Shown: positions 10,296-20,656 of the stretch, in pieces
Layout of the letters: each line of letters starts with the position of its first letter
Numbering within the stretch: position 1 is the stretch's first letter
Made by a program: the position numbers and the translations under genes
NCBI GenBank assembly: GCA_036310635.1
Contig: JAXJRL010000125.1
Coordinates: forward strand, 1 to 62,494
Reading direction: 5' to 3'
DNA length: 62,494 bases
Source of the DNA: Muribaculaceae bacterium
GTDB taxonomy: Bacteria > Bacteroidota > Bacteroidia > Bacteroidales > Muribaculaceae
The notes under the pieces: model-generated
Seen by the model: only the letters and a program-made list of their open reading frames with translations
What the model was told of the DNA's origin: nothing
The model's database searches: none

Positions 10296-13200
10296 TCAGT
10301 TCTTCAGGAACTTGGCTGAGTGGGTGCCGTTCACGCGGACAACGTAAGCACCGGGGGTGAGGGCAGACACATCGGCGGTGTTGCCTGCGAAGGCTGCCAC
10401 CTGGATGCCTGCGAGGCTGTAGACCACTGCCGAATCAACCTCCACACCGCTGATGGTGAGGGTTCCTGCCGAGCACGATACGGCTATCGAGGCCTGGGCG
10501 TCATCACCGGTGGCTATATCGCTCACACCGAGGAAGTTCTTGTCGCGAAGGGTATAGACGGCGATGCCGTTGGCGGGGCAGTACTGATAGAGCTTGTAGG
10601 TGCCCTCGTCCACCTTTTCGGGGATGAGCCAGTTGAAGGTGGAGTAGTTGCCGCCGGTTTCGTAGCCGAGCGAGCCGATGGGGTCGAACGAGCCGACAAC
10701 GGTGCCGCGAGTTGCGTCGCCGACGCTCATGTTGCGGACGGTGAAGCCGCCCTTGTAGTTGGCGCCGGAGCTATGGGCATAGATCTGGTTGCCGCGCAGC
10801 TTGAAGTAGGCTGTGCCGCCTGTGCTGTTGCGGGCGGGGACTGTGGTGCCCTGACGGTCGGGGAACAGAGCGGTGCTTGCGCCGCCGTTGTAGATCTGCA
10901 CGCCGGTGCCGCGAACCTGGTAGAGGAAGTTCTCGGGGTCGTTGCTCTGAGGCACAACGTAGCCGGCGGTGGTGCCTGCCATCTTGAGTTCCGCCGAGGT
11001 GGTGGCTCCGGTCACGGCCCCTTTCTCAACGGCTATGACGCTGACAGCAGTCTGCTTGTTGGGGAAGAGGTAGATGTAGCCGGTGCCGTTGTACAGGTCG
11101 CCAGAGGCGTTGATGAAGTTGACCTGGCCGGCCAGCGTGCTCACTGCCGAGAATTCGATGGGAGTGCCGGGGTTGGCGGGAGTGCAGCCGGCGGGATAGA
11201 GGATGAACGAGTGCTCGGCGCCGGTGGCCTTGTCGTTGCGGACCAGGATGTTGCCGGCATCGTCGCGTGCGCAACCCCATCCGGCGCCGCCGGGCATTGA
11301 GCCCATGAGGCCCTTGGAGTCAAACACATAGATTTTCTTGTCCACGCAGTTGTTCACGTAGAACAGGCCGTTGACGGCGGTGCCCTGCTGGGCGTTGGTG
11401 CCGTCAATGTTGCCGGGATGGTTGCCGGTGGTGTTGGAGAGGATCCAGTCGCGGGTGAGCTCGAGGTCGACAGTCTCCACGGGCTCTTCGACGGGCTCGG
11501 CGTTGAGAGCGAACGAGGCCATGCCCTGGCCGGCGGCGAAGATGTGCATGAATGTGCCGGCGTCAGTGATCTGGAAACCGGTGGCGGCGGCAGTCATGGG
11601 AGCTGTGCCTAGGCCTTCGTGGAGCTTGGGCGACACGGGCGAGAGTGCGGCCAGACCGGCGGTGGCATCGTAGAGGCGAGCCGAGAAGTTGGCGCCGTTG
11701 GCGTCAACCGAGGGAACCAGGGCATAGACCTTGGCGGCACGGCGGTGGAACGACATGCCGATGGCGCCATTGGCCAGGATGCCCTCGGCGGGAGCGGCAA
11801 CGAGTGTGAGCGGCTGGCGGGTCTGCTCCCAATTGAAAGCGTACTCGGTGGGCTGCATCACGGGGCTGTCGATGAGGATGTTGTTGCGGCTGGTGGGAGT
11901 CACGGTAATCGAGAAGTCACCCCAGTTGGCGGCTGTGTAGGCGGGGTCGTAGCAGTAGGATGCTTCGGCCTCTACGAGGCTGCCGCGCTCCACCTTCAGG
12001 CCGGCGATGCGGTAGGTGGAGCCGGAAGCGGAGCGGGTGGAGACGTAGAGCTTGAGGTTGCGCGACATGCCTGAAACGGCCATCACTTCGCCGCAGAGGG
12101 CGTTTGACCAGTTGCCGAGGACGGCTTCAGCCTTGTTGACGGCAATGAGCACTTCCGCAGCAGCCGAAGAGTCGGCCCAACTGTATACGCGGAACACCGA
12201 CTCGTCGTTGCCGTCAGCCGCGAAAGGGACGGTGGCAACGGTTGAAGCGAGGAGGACACCGTCAGCAGTGGCGGCGATGTCGCCGATGCGTGCAGTGATG
12301 CCCTGGAGGTTCATGGTGCCGAGCAGCTTGCCGGTGGCGGCGTCGATGCGCGAGATGGACTGTGTGCCGGCGGCATCGGCGGCGAGGACGTGCCACACAC
12401 CGTCGATGAGGACGGCGCGGCGCACTGTCAGACCGGCGAGGGGAGCGTCGAACTCAGCCACTTTCTCGGGCTGGTATGCACCCTTGACGGGAGCGTTGAC
12501 AGCGGGATAGTCAACGGTGTTGGGGCCGTTGAAGCGGTTGGGGTCGAGTTCCGGGAGAGCCTTGGGGTCGAGCTTGTCGGTGGTGATGAAGTCGCAGCCC
12601 CAGTTGCCGTACTGCAGGTAGCCCTCATCGTTGTTGGTGGTCCACATGTTCACCTTGAGGCCTGCGTCGTGGTACTTCTGGACGGTGCTCTTGTCGAAGT
12701 AGGTGGCCTGGATGTCGGCGTCGATGCCCCACTTCACACACCAGTCGAAATGGTTTGCCCAGTACTGGCCGGTGAGGAACTGCAGCTCGATGTCGGGATA
12801 GTTCTTGCGGATGTACTCCAGGCATGGCTTCATTGAGGTCATGATGATGCAGGAGTTGCGGAAGCCGTTGTCCTCCACCAGCTTGATGAGAATGGGGATG
12901 TTCGAGCAGTCGTTGCTGTTGATGCCCGTTGCCCACTTGAGCTCGATGAGGGGCTTCACGCCGTACTCCTTGCAGACGTCCAGATACTCCTGGGCTGAAG
13001 CCAGGCGGCCGGTGTACTTCACGCCGCCGCGTGTCTGGGTCAGGTTCACACCCTGGAGCTCGTCGAGGGTTGACGAGGCGATGGTCAGGGTCTTGTCGCC
13101 GAGGCGCTGTGTGTCGTCGTCATGGGTGCAGACCAGCTTGAGGTCCTTGGTGACCTTGAAGTCGGTCTCGAGGTATTCGTAGCCGCGCTTGGCGCCTTCA

Positions 13201-13325
13201 GTGAACGACTGCACGGTGTTCTCCACGCCGATGTCGGAGCCGCGATGGCCCACGAGCAACGGACGAGAAGCCCATGACGGCAGAACTGCCGCCACGGCAA
13301 TGACGAGAGTGAAAAGTTTCTTCAT
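10296..13325 (-). CDS. T9SS-secreted glycerophosphodiester phosphodiesterase with a long beta-rich C-terminal region
   Basis: GHRG, ENT, ETD...TKD...HD, IELK, WT, ITTD GDPD motifs; signal peptide; CTD VYSLAG...PGAYVVRV...KFLK. Confidence 0.85.
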   Translation of the reverse strand: MKKLFTLVIAVAAVLPSWASRPLLVGHRGSDIGVENTVQSFTEGAKRGYEYLETDFKVTKDLKLVCTHDDDTQRLGDKTLTIASSTLDELQGVNLTQTRGGVKYTGRLASAQEYLDVCKEYGVKPLIELKWATGINSNDCSNIPILIKLVEDNGFRNSCIIMTSMKPCLEYIRKNYPDIELQFLTGQYWANHFDWCVKWGIDADIQATYFDKSTVQKYHDAGLKVNMWTTNNDEGYLQYGNWGCDFITTDKLDPKALPELDPNRFNGPNTVDYPAVNAPVKGAYQPEKVAEFDAPLAGLTVRRAVLIDGVWHVLAADAAGTQSISRIDAATGKLLGTMNLQGITARIGDIAATADGVLLASTVATVPFAADGNDESVFRVYSWADSSAAAEVLIAVNKAEAVLGNWSNALCGEVMAVSGMSRNLKLYVSTRSASGSTYRIAGLKVERGSLVEAEASYCYDPAYTAANWGDFSITVTPTSRNNILIDSPVMQPTEYAFNWEQTRQPLTLVAAPAEGILANGAIGMSFHRRAAKVYALVPSVDANGANFSARLYDATAGLAALSPVSPKLHEGLGTAPMTAAATGFQITDAGTFMHIFAAGQGMASFALNAEPVEEPVETVDLELTRDWILSNTTGNHPGNIDGTNAQQGTAVNGLFYVNNCVDKKIYVFDSKGLMGSMPGGAGWGCARDDAGNILVRNDKATGAEHSFILYPAGCTPANPGTPIEFSAVSTLAGQVNFINASGDLYNGTGYIYLFPNKQTAVSVIAVEKGAVTGATTSAELKMAGTTAGYVVPQSNDPENFLYQVRGTGVQIYNGGASTALFPDRQGTTVPARNSTGGTAYFKLRGNQIYAHSSGANYKGGFTVRNMSVGDATRGTVVGSFDPIGSLGYETGGNYSTFNWLIPEKVDEGTYKLYQYCPANGIAVYTLRDKNFLGVSDIATGDDAQASIAVSCSAGTLTISGVEVDSAVVYSLAGIQVAAFAGNTADVSALTPGAYVVRVNGTHSAKFLKN

Positions 13326-13492
13326 GAAGTAGGTTTTATGGTAAGTAATGTTGATTCAAGGGTGTGGCGAAAAGTCGCCGAGGTGCCCTGAGCGGGCGGA
13401 GTGTGGAATAATATTCCACAAATTTAGGTGTTTGCCCCGTGAAATGCAAATATTGTCAGGGTCAAACGCCTTTTTGCAGCAAAACCGGAGCG

Positions 13493-15547
13493 TCAGCGGC
13501 GCAGGTTGCCGGTGGTGCCGCTCTGCTGCTGCAGGCCGCCGAAGCCTCCGAAGCCGCCACGGTTGCCGCCGTTGCCGCGGTTGCCGTTGGTGCGGTTGCC
13601 GCCGGTGGTCAGGCGGTTGTTGCGCTGTGCCGGATCGATCGGGTCGCCCCATTCGTCATACTCCACGTCCTCGTCGTCGGTGGGAGCCTTTTCGCCCTTC
13701 TTGAGCTTGGGCTTGTTCTTCTTGATGGCGAAGGGTTTCTGTGCGTCGAGGGCCAGCTCGTATATGTTCCATGCCTGCTCCACGTCCCAGTTGGCACGCA
13801 AATCAAGTTTTTTGTTGTAATAATACACCTCCTCGGGCTGGATGGAGTCGCCGACAGAGCCGGTGTCCCACTTGCCGTTGGCATTGGCGTCGATGTAGAG
13901 GCGCGCATAGTATGTTCCGGGGTCAAGATAGCGGAAACGGGCCTTGCCGTGGTCGGCGAGGACAGTGCGCACGGGGTTGTCGGAATTGTTGAGCAGCTCC
14001 ACCATGAGGGGCAGCGTGTCACAGCCGGAGATATTGAAAACCAGGTTGGCGTATTCCTCGGGCTGTTTCACGGTGAATTCGTGCACTATCTCCTTGTTGT
14101 GAATGCCGTAGATGTCGGCCACGGCGGCCGAGTCGACCGTCAGGCGGTACTGCATGCCGGGCACGCACTGGAAGTCGACGGCAAGGCCCAGTAGCGGACT
14201 CAGGCTGTCGGGGACGGGTGCGGCAAAGGGCACGTCGGACCACAGCGAGTCAACGAGGTGCTCCAGGTGGAAGCCCAAGGTGTCAACAGAGCCGAAAGGC
14301 GTCGGCGACATCAGTCGCAAGGGCTCGTAGATGTGGTGCTGGGTGGAGTTCAGCACCTGGAGGTTGAGGAGCACGGGCGGCTCTGGAAGGGTGTCGTTCT
14401 TGGCCTTTTTCTTCTCCTTCTTCTTGGGCTCGTGCCAGAAGAACTTGAGGGTGTCCGTCTGCCAGACAGTCTGGTTGAGCGTGTCGGTGCCAAGGTGTCG
14501 CACTGACATCAGGAGCGAGTCGATGGCGAGGATTTCGGGCGACTCGAGCCAATAGGTGAGGGTGTCGCGCGTGGTGTTGGCCTGAAGGAGCGAGTGGTCG
14601 GTGAGGCGCTGGCCGTTGAGCGGACCGCCCACCACTGACAGCGACGGGAGGGTGTCGGACGGCGCACCCATCTCGATGACCACCTTGCGGCGCTCGGGGC
14701 GGGTGTAGTTCTTGAGGTACTGGGGGCGGCGGTTTTCGTTGAACCAGGTGAGGAGGATGTCGTTGGGGAAGTAGGCCACGCCCGGACGGGTGACTATGGA
14801 GTCCTCGTCGGCGGCATTGCGCAGGGTGTCGCTCACGGTGATGGCCTCGACCGAGGGCGACACCAGCGTGCCGTAGAAGGCCACGTCCTCGGACACGTCC
14901 CAGGAGTTGTCACGGTTCAGGTCGTTGAGGGCGTAGACGCCGTAGCGTCCGGGCTTGAGGTTGCGCACGGTGAACTGGCCGTACTGGTTGGTGCGCGCCA
15001 CGCGTTCGAATTTGGAGCGGGTTAAGGATGTGTCGGAGGGCTCGCGGAATATGCCCACGGTCATGCCCTGTGCGGGCTCGAGGGTGCGCGCTTCGAGCAC
15101 CACGCCCGAGATGCGCAGTGTGTCTATCTCGGAACCGGTGGAGAAATCAAGGGCGAAGCCGTCAAGGATGTTTCCTTCGTTCAGGTCCTTTACGGCGTCG
15201 GCAAAGTCGATGGTGTAGGTGGTGTTGGGGATGAGCGTGTCACGGAGCTCCACATAGAGGTGACGGCCCAGCGAGCGCACCACCGGCGCCTGGGTCTGTG
15301 TGGGCGACACTATCACCTTGTTGAAGGGGTCGTCGAGCTGGATGTTCTCGTCGAACCAGGCATCGAGACGTGTGCGGTTCACATTGAGGGCACCCGGTGC
15401 CGGCGTGGAGCGCACGAACGTGGGGGGCACTTCGTCGCGGGCACCGCCTTCGGGGCGGCCAATGGAGGCACATGCTGCCAAAACCAGGGCAAAGACTGCC
15501 GCCGCGGCCAGGCGCATGGCTGAAATGGGGTCGGTGAAACGCTTCAT
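13493..15547 (-). CDS. Ig-like (Big_5) domain lipoprotein, conserved in Bacteroidota
   Basis: Lipobox LAAC, P.GG.RD..PP motif, D.N.NGKWDTG motif; Gly/Asn/Arg-rich tail. Confidence 0.75.
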   Translation of the reverse strand: MKRFTDPISAMRLAAAAVFALVLAACASIGRPEGGARDEVPPTFVRSTPAPGALNVNRTRLDAWFDENIQLDDPFNKVIVSPTQTQAPVVRSLGRHLYVELRDTLIPNTTYTIDFADAVKDLNEGNILDGFALDFSTGSEIDTLRISGVVLEARTLEPAQGMTVGIFREPSDTSLTRSKFERVARTNQYGQFTVRNLKPGRYGVYALNDLNRDNSWDVSEDVAFYGTLVSPSVEAITVSDTLRNAADEDSIVTRPGVAYFPNDILLTWFNENRRPQYLKNYTRPERRKVVIEMGAPSDTLPSLSVVGGPLNGQRLTDHSLLQANTTRDTLTYWLESPEILAIDSLLMSVRHLGTDTLNQTVWQTDTLKFFWHEPKKKEKKKAKNDTLPEPPVLLNLQVLNSTQHHIYEPLRLMSPTPFGSVDTLGFHLEHLVDSLWSDVPFAAPVPDSLSPLLGLAVDFQCVPGMQYRLTVDSAAVADIYGIHNKEIVHEFTVKQPEEYANLVFNISGCDTLPLMVELLNNSDNPVRTVLADHGKARFRYLDPGTYYARLYIDANANGKWDTGSVGDSIQPEEVYYYNKKLDLRANWDVEQAWNIYELALDAQKPFAIKKNKPKLKKGEKAPTDDEDVEYDEWGDPIDPAQRNNRLTTGGNRTNGNRGNGGNRGGFGGFGGLQQQSGTTGNLRR

Positions 15548-15642
15548 GGCACAAAATTACACAAAAAGTGCGTAAGAATCCACAAAGTGAGGGTTAAAAG
15601 TGCGTGTACCGACGTCTGTGCCAGCTATGCCGGCCTCAGGCG

Positions 15643-16851
15643 TCAGGCGGCCAGGCGTGCACGGCGGCGCTCTATGCGGTCGACGAGGTGCATGACCAGC
15701 ACGGACAGCACGAAGTAGGCGGCCGTGAGGCCCCACAGCCACAGGTAGGGGGTGGAATTCTCGGCAAGCGAGCCGCCGTTGGAGTTGATGCGCACAAATC
15801 CCTCAACTCCCCATGAACCGGGAACCACGTTGGCCAGCACGTTCCAGAGGGGAGGGAAGGCGTAGCGAGGCCAGGTGAGTCCGCTGAGGAAGAGGAACAC
15901 CACCGAGGAGACAACCACTATGAGGAAGCAGCTCTCGCGGTCGGTGCACAGGTAGGCCATGGTCTGGCCGAAGAAGCAGGATGCGAGCACGAAGGGTACG
16001 GCAAAGAGCATATAGTCAGCGGCCGAGCCTATGTGGGGCAGGTTGAAGACGGTGGGGATGATGTGGAGCAGGTAGATGGTGGCGGGGATATAGAACACCG
16101 ACACGCAGAGGGTGCGTCCCCAGGCCAGCGCCGACGGAGACACGCCCCTGAGCATGAGCGGGTCAATGCCGCCGTTGCGACGCCGGCGCTCACGCGAGGT
16201 TCCGGAGAGCATGCACATGCCCAGGACTATGCTCTGCTGCAGGATGAGCACCAGGATGCCGGGCATGATGAACGATGCGAATCCCTGCTGGGTGTCGCCC
16301 AGCATGTGCGCCTCGTTCGAAATGGGGGCGCCCGACAGCGACGAGGCGGCTGAGCCGAGCATGTCAGCACGCTGCTTTGTGATGTCGGCTATATCCTGAA
16401 TCTGCACATCGGTGAGGGCCGAGGCGAAGGCGCGGTAACGCAGGAGCAGGCTCATCTGGGCGTAGAAGGTGGCATGGGCGGTCTCCATGCGGCCTATGTT
16501 GCGGCCATAGTCGCGGTCAATCTCCAGGATGCCGAACACCTTGCCTTCGGCCAGCCAGCGCTTGGCCTCGGGCATGTCGGTGGCATAGTCGTAGAGGGCC
16601 ACGGTGGGCGTGGCCACGGCATCGCGGACCAGCTTGCGCGATTCGGCAGAACGGCTGCGGTCAATGACAGCTATGGGCATCTCTCGGACCACTTCGGGAT
16701 TGTAGATGAGGGTGTAGACCACCGGGTAAATGAGGGGGAGCACGATGAAGAAAATCATCACACCCTGGTCATGCAGCACAATCTGCCACTCGCGCGCAAA
16801 CGCCAGGGCGAGCGAAGAAAACCAGCGACTTATGCTTTTGAATGGATTCAT
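15643..16851 (-). CDS. ABC-2 type transporter permease
   Basis: PIAVID.S.S..SR.L periplasmic domain, FLSGLTWP motif, several TM helices. Confidence 0.85.
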   Translation of the reverse strand: MNPFKSISRWFSSLALAFAREWQIVLHDQGVMIFFIVLPLIYPVVYTLIYNPEVVREMPIAVIDRSRSAESRKLVRDAVATPTVALYDYATDMPEAKRWLAEGKVFGILEIDRDYGRNIGRMETAHATFYAQMSLLLRYRAFASALTDVQIQDIADITKQRADMLGSAASSLSGAPISNEAHMLGDTQQGFASFIMPGILVLILQQSIVLGMCMLSGTSRERRRRNGGIDPLMLRGVSPSALAWGRTLCVSVFYIPATIYLLHIIPTVFNLPHIGSAADYMLFAVPFVLASCFFGQTMAYLCTDRESCFLIVVVSSVVFLFLSGLTWPRYAFPPLWNVLANVVPGSWGVEGFVRINSNGGSLAENSTPYLWLWGLTAAYFVLSVLVMHLVDRIERRRARLAA

Positions 16852-16896
16852 ATTGCCGAGATGGATTGAAAACGGGTTAGGAGGGAAGGAGACGCG

Positions 16897-18048
16897 TCAG
16901 GGCACGTAGACCGGGCGCAGACAGGCGCGCTTGAGGTGGAACACCGGCAGGAGTGCCACAAACGGGAACAGGAGCAGGGCCACGAAATAGAGGCGCGCAT
17001 AGTAGAGCGGGAAGCCGTTCAGGGCCTCGGTGATGTGGATGAGGAAGTAATAGCGCACCGGCATTATGTAGCTGAACACCGATATGGCGCCGTACATGTC
17101 CTGCACGGGGAACGAGAATCCGGTGAAGGAGAAGGCCAGGATGGAGAGCAGTGCGCCTATCGACATGCCGAAACGCGGATTGGGCATGATGGAGGCCACG
17201 AACACTCCAAACGCCTGGCTTGCGGTGACCAGCAGCAACATGGACAGCAGGATGACCCACAGCGGACAATTGAGCGGGAACCCGCAGTAGCCGAACATCA
17301 GCGACTGGCAGCACCAGCCCACCAGGGTGAACACCACAGTCTGGGGAAGCAGCAGGCCGAAGAGGGCCAGAAGGATGCTGCCGCCGGAGTTGGCGAGCCA
17401 GCGGCGCGAGGTGCCGTTCTTGATCTGGTAGGTGATGGAGAAGATGGTGACGAGCACCACCATCAGCTCCATGACGCCGCCCATGAACGAGGGCGTGAGG
17501 TAGAGCGAATAGTCCGGCCCGGGATTGTGCAGGGCGTTGAACTCAAGGTCGACCGGGCGCACCAGGGCTTCGACGGTGGTGCCGTCCACGCCCACTGCCT
17601 GTGCCGTCTGTGTCACCAGGCTCGAGGCGGCGCCCACGGCCACGGTCTTATAGCCCTTGTAGGAGAACGTGCCGGGCACGAAGTAGGTGAGGTTGGCGTA
17701 GTATTCGATGGTGGGTTTGCGGCCGGCCAGGGCATCGGCGCCAAAGTTGGCGGGGATGACGTAGAAACCGAAAACGCGGCCGGTGCGCACAGCCTCCATG
17801 GCCTCGGAGTAGCTCTCGCAGTCCTCGGTGATGTGGACAAGCTGCTCGGCATCGAGCGAGCGCGTCATGGCACGCGACATGGGCGAGTGGTCCAGGTCGA
17901 CGATGGCGGTAGGCACGCGGGTGGGCAGGCCCTGGTTGAGCAGACTCAGAAAGAATGCGCAAATGAGCAGCGGAAGGAACACCATGGCGAAGATGTAGAT
18001 CCTTCGGGAGCCGAGGGTGAGGATGCCGTATTTAATGGATTGCCACAT
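16897..18048 (-). CDS. ABC-2 type transporter permease
   Basis: PTAIVDLDHS, FSFTGFSFP motifs; paralog of the neighbouring gene. Confidence 0.85.
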   Translation of the reverse strand: MWQSIKYGILTLGSRRIYIFAMVFLPLLICAFFLSLLNQGLPTRVPTAIVDLDHSPMSRAMTRSLDAEQLVHITEDCESYSEAMEAVRTGRVFGFYVIPANFGADALAGRKPTIEYYANLTYFVPGTFSYKGYKTVAVGAASSLVTQTAQAVGVDGTTVEALVRPVDLEFNALHNPGPDYSLYLTPSFMGGVMELMVVLVTIFSITYQIKNGTSRRWLANSGGSILLALFGLLLPQTVVFTLVGWCCQSLMFGYCGFPLNCPLWVILLSMLLLVTASQAFGVFVASIMPNPRFGMSIGALLSILAFSFTGFSFPVQDMYGAISVFSYIMPVRYYFLIHITEALNGFPLYYARLYFVALLLFPFVALLPVFHLKRACLRPVYVP

Positions 18049-18099
18049 GGAGGAATCTGGGTTGTTAGATGGTTCAGAGAGTGATGGACCGGAGCGGAC

Positions 18100-19137
18100 T
18101 TACTCCTTAAAAATGGCGCTCATGCCGGGACGCAGACCCTGCGCGCCGTCCTTGCCCACGGGGCGGGCTTTGATTTCGAAGGTGCGCGAGTCGTACTGGC
18201 CTGTCGACTTGGTGGCGCGCCAGGTGGCATAGGTGCCCATGTCGCGGATGTAGTACACTTCGAGCTCCTTCTCCTCGTTGTTCAGGCCGGGGACGAACAC
18301 TTTGAGCTTCTGGCCCATCTTGAAGTCGGGGAGCATCTCCTCGCGCACGTTGAAGGTGACCCAGCGCTTGGCGGTGAGGATGTTCATGAGGGGTGCGCCC
18401 ATTGACACGAGCTCGCCCACCTCGGGATAGATTTCGTCGACGGTACCGTCGCAGGGGGCCACCAGGTAGCTGTCTTCGTAGACGGCCTGTGCCATCTGCA
18501 CACCGCCGCCGGCAGCGCTTACCATGGCCTTGGCGGCCTGCTTGTCCTCGGCCTGGGCTCCGGCCAGTGCCAGCGAATGCTGCGACTCGGCGGCGCCGAG
18601 CTGTGCACGGGCGGCATCGTAGGCGGCTTTGGCCTCGTCGCGTTTCTGTTCGGTGACCACGCCCTCTTTATAGAGGTTCTCCATGCGGTCGTAGGTCTTC
18701 TTGGTGATGCCTACGGCGGCTCGGGCGGTGGCCACCATGTCGGCGGCTGCCTGAATGAGCTGCTGGCGGGTGCCGGCGTCAACCTTGCGGTTCTGGGCCT
18801 GCGCCACCTGCTCCATGGCCTGAGCCTGGGCCAGCTGGGCCTCGGCGATGGACGAGTGTATGTGAATCAGAGTGTCGCCGGCGCGCACTGTGTCGCCTTC
18901 CTTCACGAAGATGTGGGTTACACGGCCCGCCATCTTGCCGGAGACGCGGACTGAGGTGCCCTCCACCTGGCCTTCCACATACTCGGTGGGGCGGTTCAGG
19001 CACAGGAATCCGAAAATGGCCACTACAGCCACGGCGATGACCACCACAGCGAGAGTGACAAGCAGGGAGCGGGAAGCACGGCGAATTTCCTGGGGGGAAT
19101 TGTCGGAATTGTTGGGTGAGAAGTTTTCGGTTTGCAT
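18100..19137 (-). CDS. HlyD family membrane fusion protein
   Basis: Lipoyl-like VKEGDTVRAGD, coiled coil, LRPGMS. Confidence 0.9.
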   Translation of the reverse strand: MQTENFSPNNSDNSPQEIRRASRSLLVTLAVVVIAVAVVAIFGFLCLNRPTEYVEGQVEGTSVRVSGKMAGRVTHIFVKEGDTVRAGDTLIHIHSSIAEAQLAQAQAMEQVAQAQNRKVDAGTRQQLIQAAADMVATARAAVGITKKTYDRMENLYKEGVVTEQKRDEAKAAYDAARAQLGAAESQHSLALAGAQAEDKQAAKAMVSAAGGGVQMAQAVYEDSYLVAPCDGTVDEIYPEVGELVSMGAPLMNILTAKRWVTFNVREEMLPDFKMGQKLKVFVPGLNNEEKELEVYYIRDMGTYATWRATKSTGQYDSRTFEIKARPVGKDGAQGLRPGMSAIFKE

Positions 19138-19174
19138 GCTATATGAGTGTTTTTTTGATTAGCGGATGTGGTGT

Positions 19175-20656
19175 TCAGTATACGAGTGTGCCAAGCACCT
19201 TGGAGAGGTATACGTTGCAGAGGCGCACCTCGATCATGGCGTCCACGTTCTCCGAGTATGCCTTTAGCCATGCGGTCTGGGCTCCGAGCACGTCGTCGGT
19301 GGTTAGCACGCCCTCCTTGAAGCCGATGTCGGCGCAGCGCAGGTTCTCGTCGGCGGCCTTGAGGTTTGACTCGGTTGACTGGAGGGTTTTCACGCTCTCG
19401 CGAGCCTTGAAGGCAGCCTGGTTAACCTGCAGGTTCACCAGGTCGCGGGCGTCCTCCAGACGGTATTTCATCACTATCTCGTCCGACTCGGCGGCCTTGT
19501 ACTTGTTGTAGTTGCCGCCCCAGTGCCAGATGGGGATGGTGACCATGGCGCCCACCGAGAAGGCGCCGGAGAACTTCTTGCTGAAGCCGTTGAACATGTT
19601 GGGGTTGCTGAACGAGTAGGCGCCGACCAGGGCCACGTTGGGAAGCATGGCCGAGAGGGCCACGCGTTTCTGTGCGCCGGCCACCTTGATTCCGCTCTCG
19701 AGGGCCTTGAGGTCGCTGCGGCTCTGGTAAGCCTGCTGCAGGAGGTCGGGAGTGATGGCCGCGGTGCCGTCGATGCCGGTGGCTATGTCGAGGCGGAAGC
19801 CCTCGGGCTCGTCCACCAGATGCATGTCAGAGTTGATGGGCAGGCCGCACACCTGGGCGAGGGCCATGCGCGAGAGGGCCAGTCCGTTCTCCACCTTGGT
19901 GAGGTCCACGCGGGCCTGGTTGAGCTTCACGTCCACGTTGAGCTTGTCGGCGCGGGTGGCCACGCCCTGCTCCAGCATCAGGCCCACGTTGCGGTCGAGG
20001 GTGTCGAGCATTGCCACGAAGCTGACGGCCAGGTCGCGCTTGGCTTTGAGCGACACCACCTGCCAGTATGCGCCGTCAACGGCGTAGACCACGTTCTCGG
20101 CCTCGTTGTTGTGCATGTCCTCGGCGAGCTGCTTGGCGTAGCCGGTCAGGTCGTTCATGGCCTTGATCTTGCCGCCCATGTATATGGGCTGTGTCAGGGT
20201 GATGGCGCCGAAGAACACGTTGTGGATGTCGTAGGTCATCGCCTCCTTGGGGATGATGGCAATCTGCTCGGGGATAGGCTGGCCGTTGACCATGATGGGC
20301 AGGCCGGTCTCGGGATTCTTGACCAGGCCGAAGTTGTATTTCTGGGCATTGGGGTCTACGAGGGCCTGCGGATTGAAGGAGCCCACGGGCAGCAGCTGGT
20401 CGGAGTCGAAGATGGAGATTTTCTTCTGGTTGTAAGTGTAACCGCCGGCAAAGTCAATGGCCGGGAGGTAAGCTGCGAACGCCTCCTTTTTCTGATATTC
20501 GGCCTTGCGGATGCCCTGGCGGCTGATCATGAGCTGCTTGTTGTTCTTCAGGGCGAGGCTCCGGCAAGAGTCGAGCGAGAATGACTGAGCCATCGTCGCG
20601 ATCGAGGGGACAATGAGAAGGACAATGGCAGAGAGGAATTTAAGACGTAACCTCAT
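19175..20656 (-). CDS. TolC family outer membrane efflux protein
   Basis: SLDSCRSLALKNN, LTQPIYMGGKI, IPIWHWG motifs. Confidence 0.9.
   Translation of the reverse strand: MRLRLKFLSAIVLLIVPSIATMAQSFSLDSCRSLALKNNKQLMISRQGIRKAEYQKKEAFAAYLPAIDFAGGYTYNQKKISIFDSDQLLPVGSFNPQALVDPNAQKYNFGLVKNPETGLPIMVNGQPIPEQIAIIPKEAMTYDIHNVFFGAITLTQPIYMGGKIKAMNDLTGYAKQLAEDMHNNEAENVVYAVDGAYWQVVSLKAKRDLAVSFVAMLDTLDRNVGLMLEQGVATRADKLNVDVKLNQARVDLTKVENGLALSRMALAQVCGLPINSDMHLVDEPEGFRLDIATGIDGTAAITPDLLQQAYQSRSDLKALESGIKVAGAQKRVALSAMLPNVALVGAYSFSNPNMFNGFSKKFSGAFSVGAMVTIPIWHWGGNYNKYKAAESDEIVMKYRLEDARDLVNLQVNQAAFKARESVKTLQSTESNLKAADENLRCADIGFKEGVLTTDDVLGAQTAWLKAYSENVDAMIEVRLCNVYLSKVLGTLVY

Noticed and set aside
13493..13625. 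Repetitive GGN/AAC-rich DNA as a repeat element
   Set aside because: It simply encodes the Gly/Asn/Arg-rich disordered tail of the Ig-like lipoprotein.
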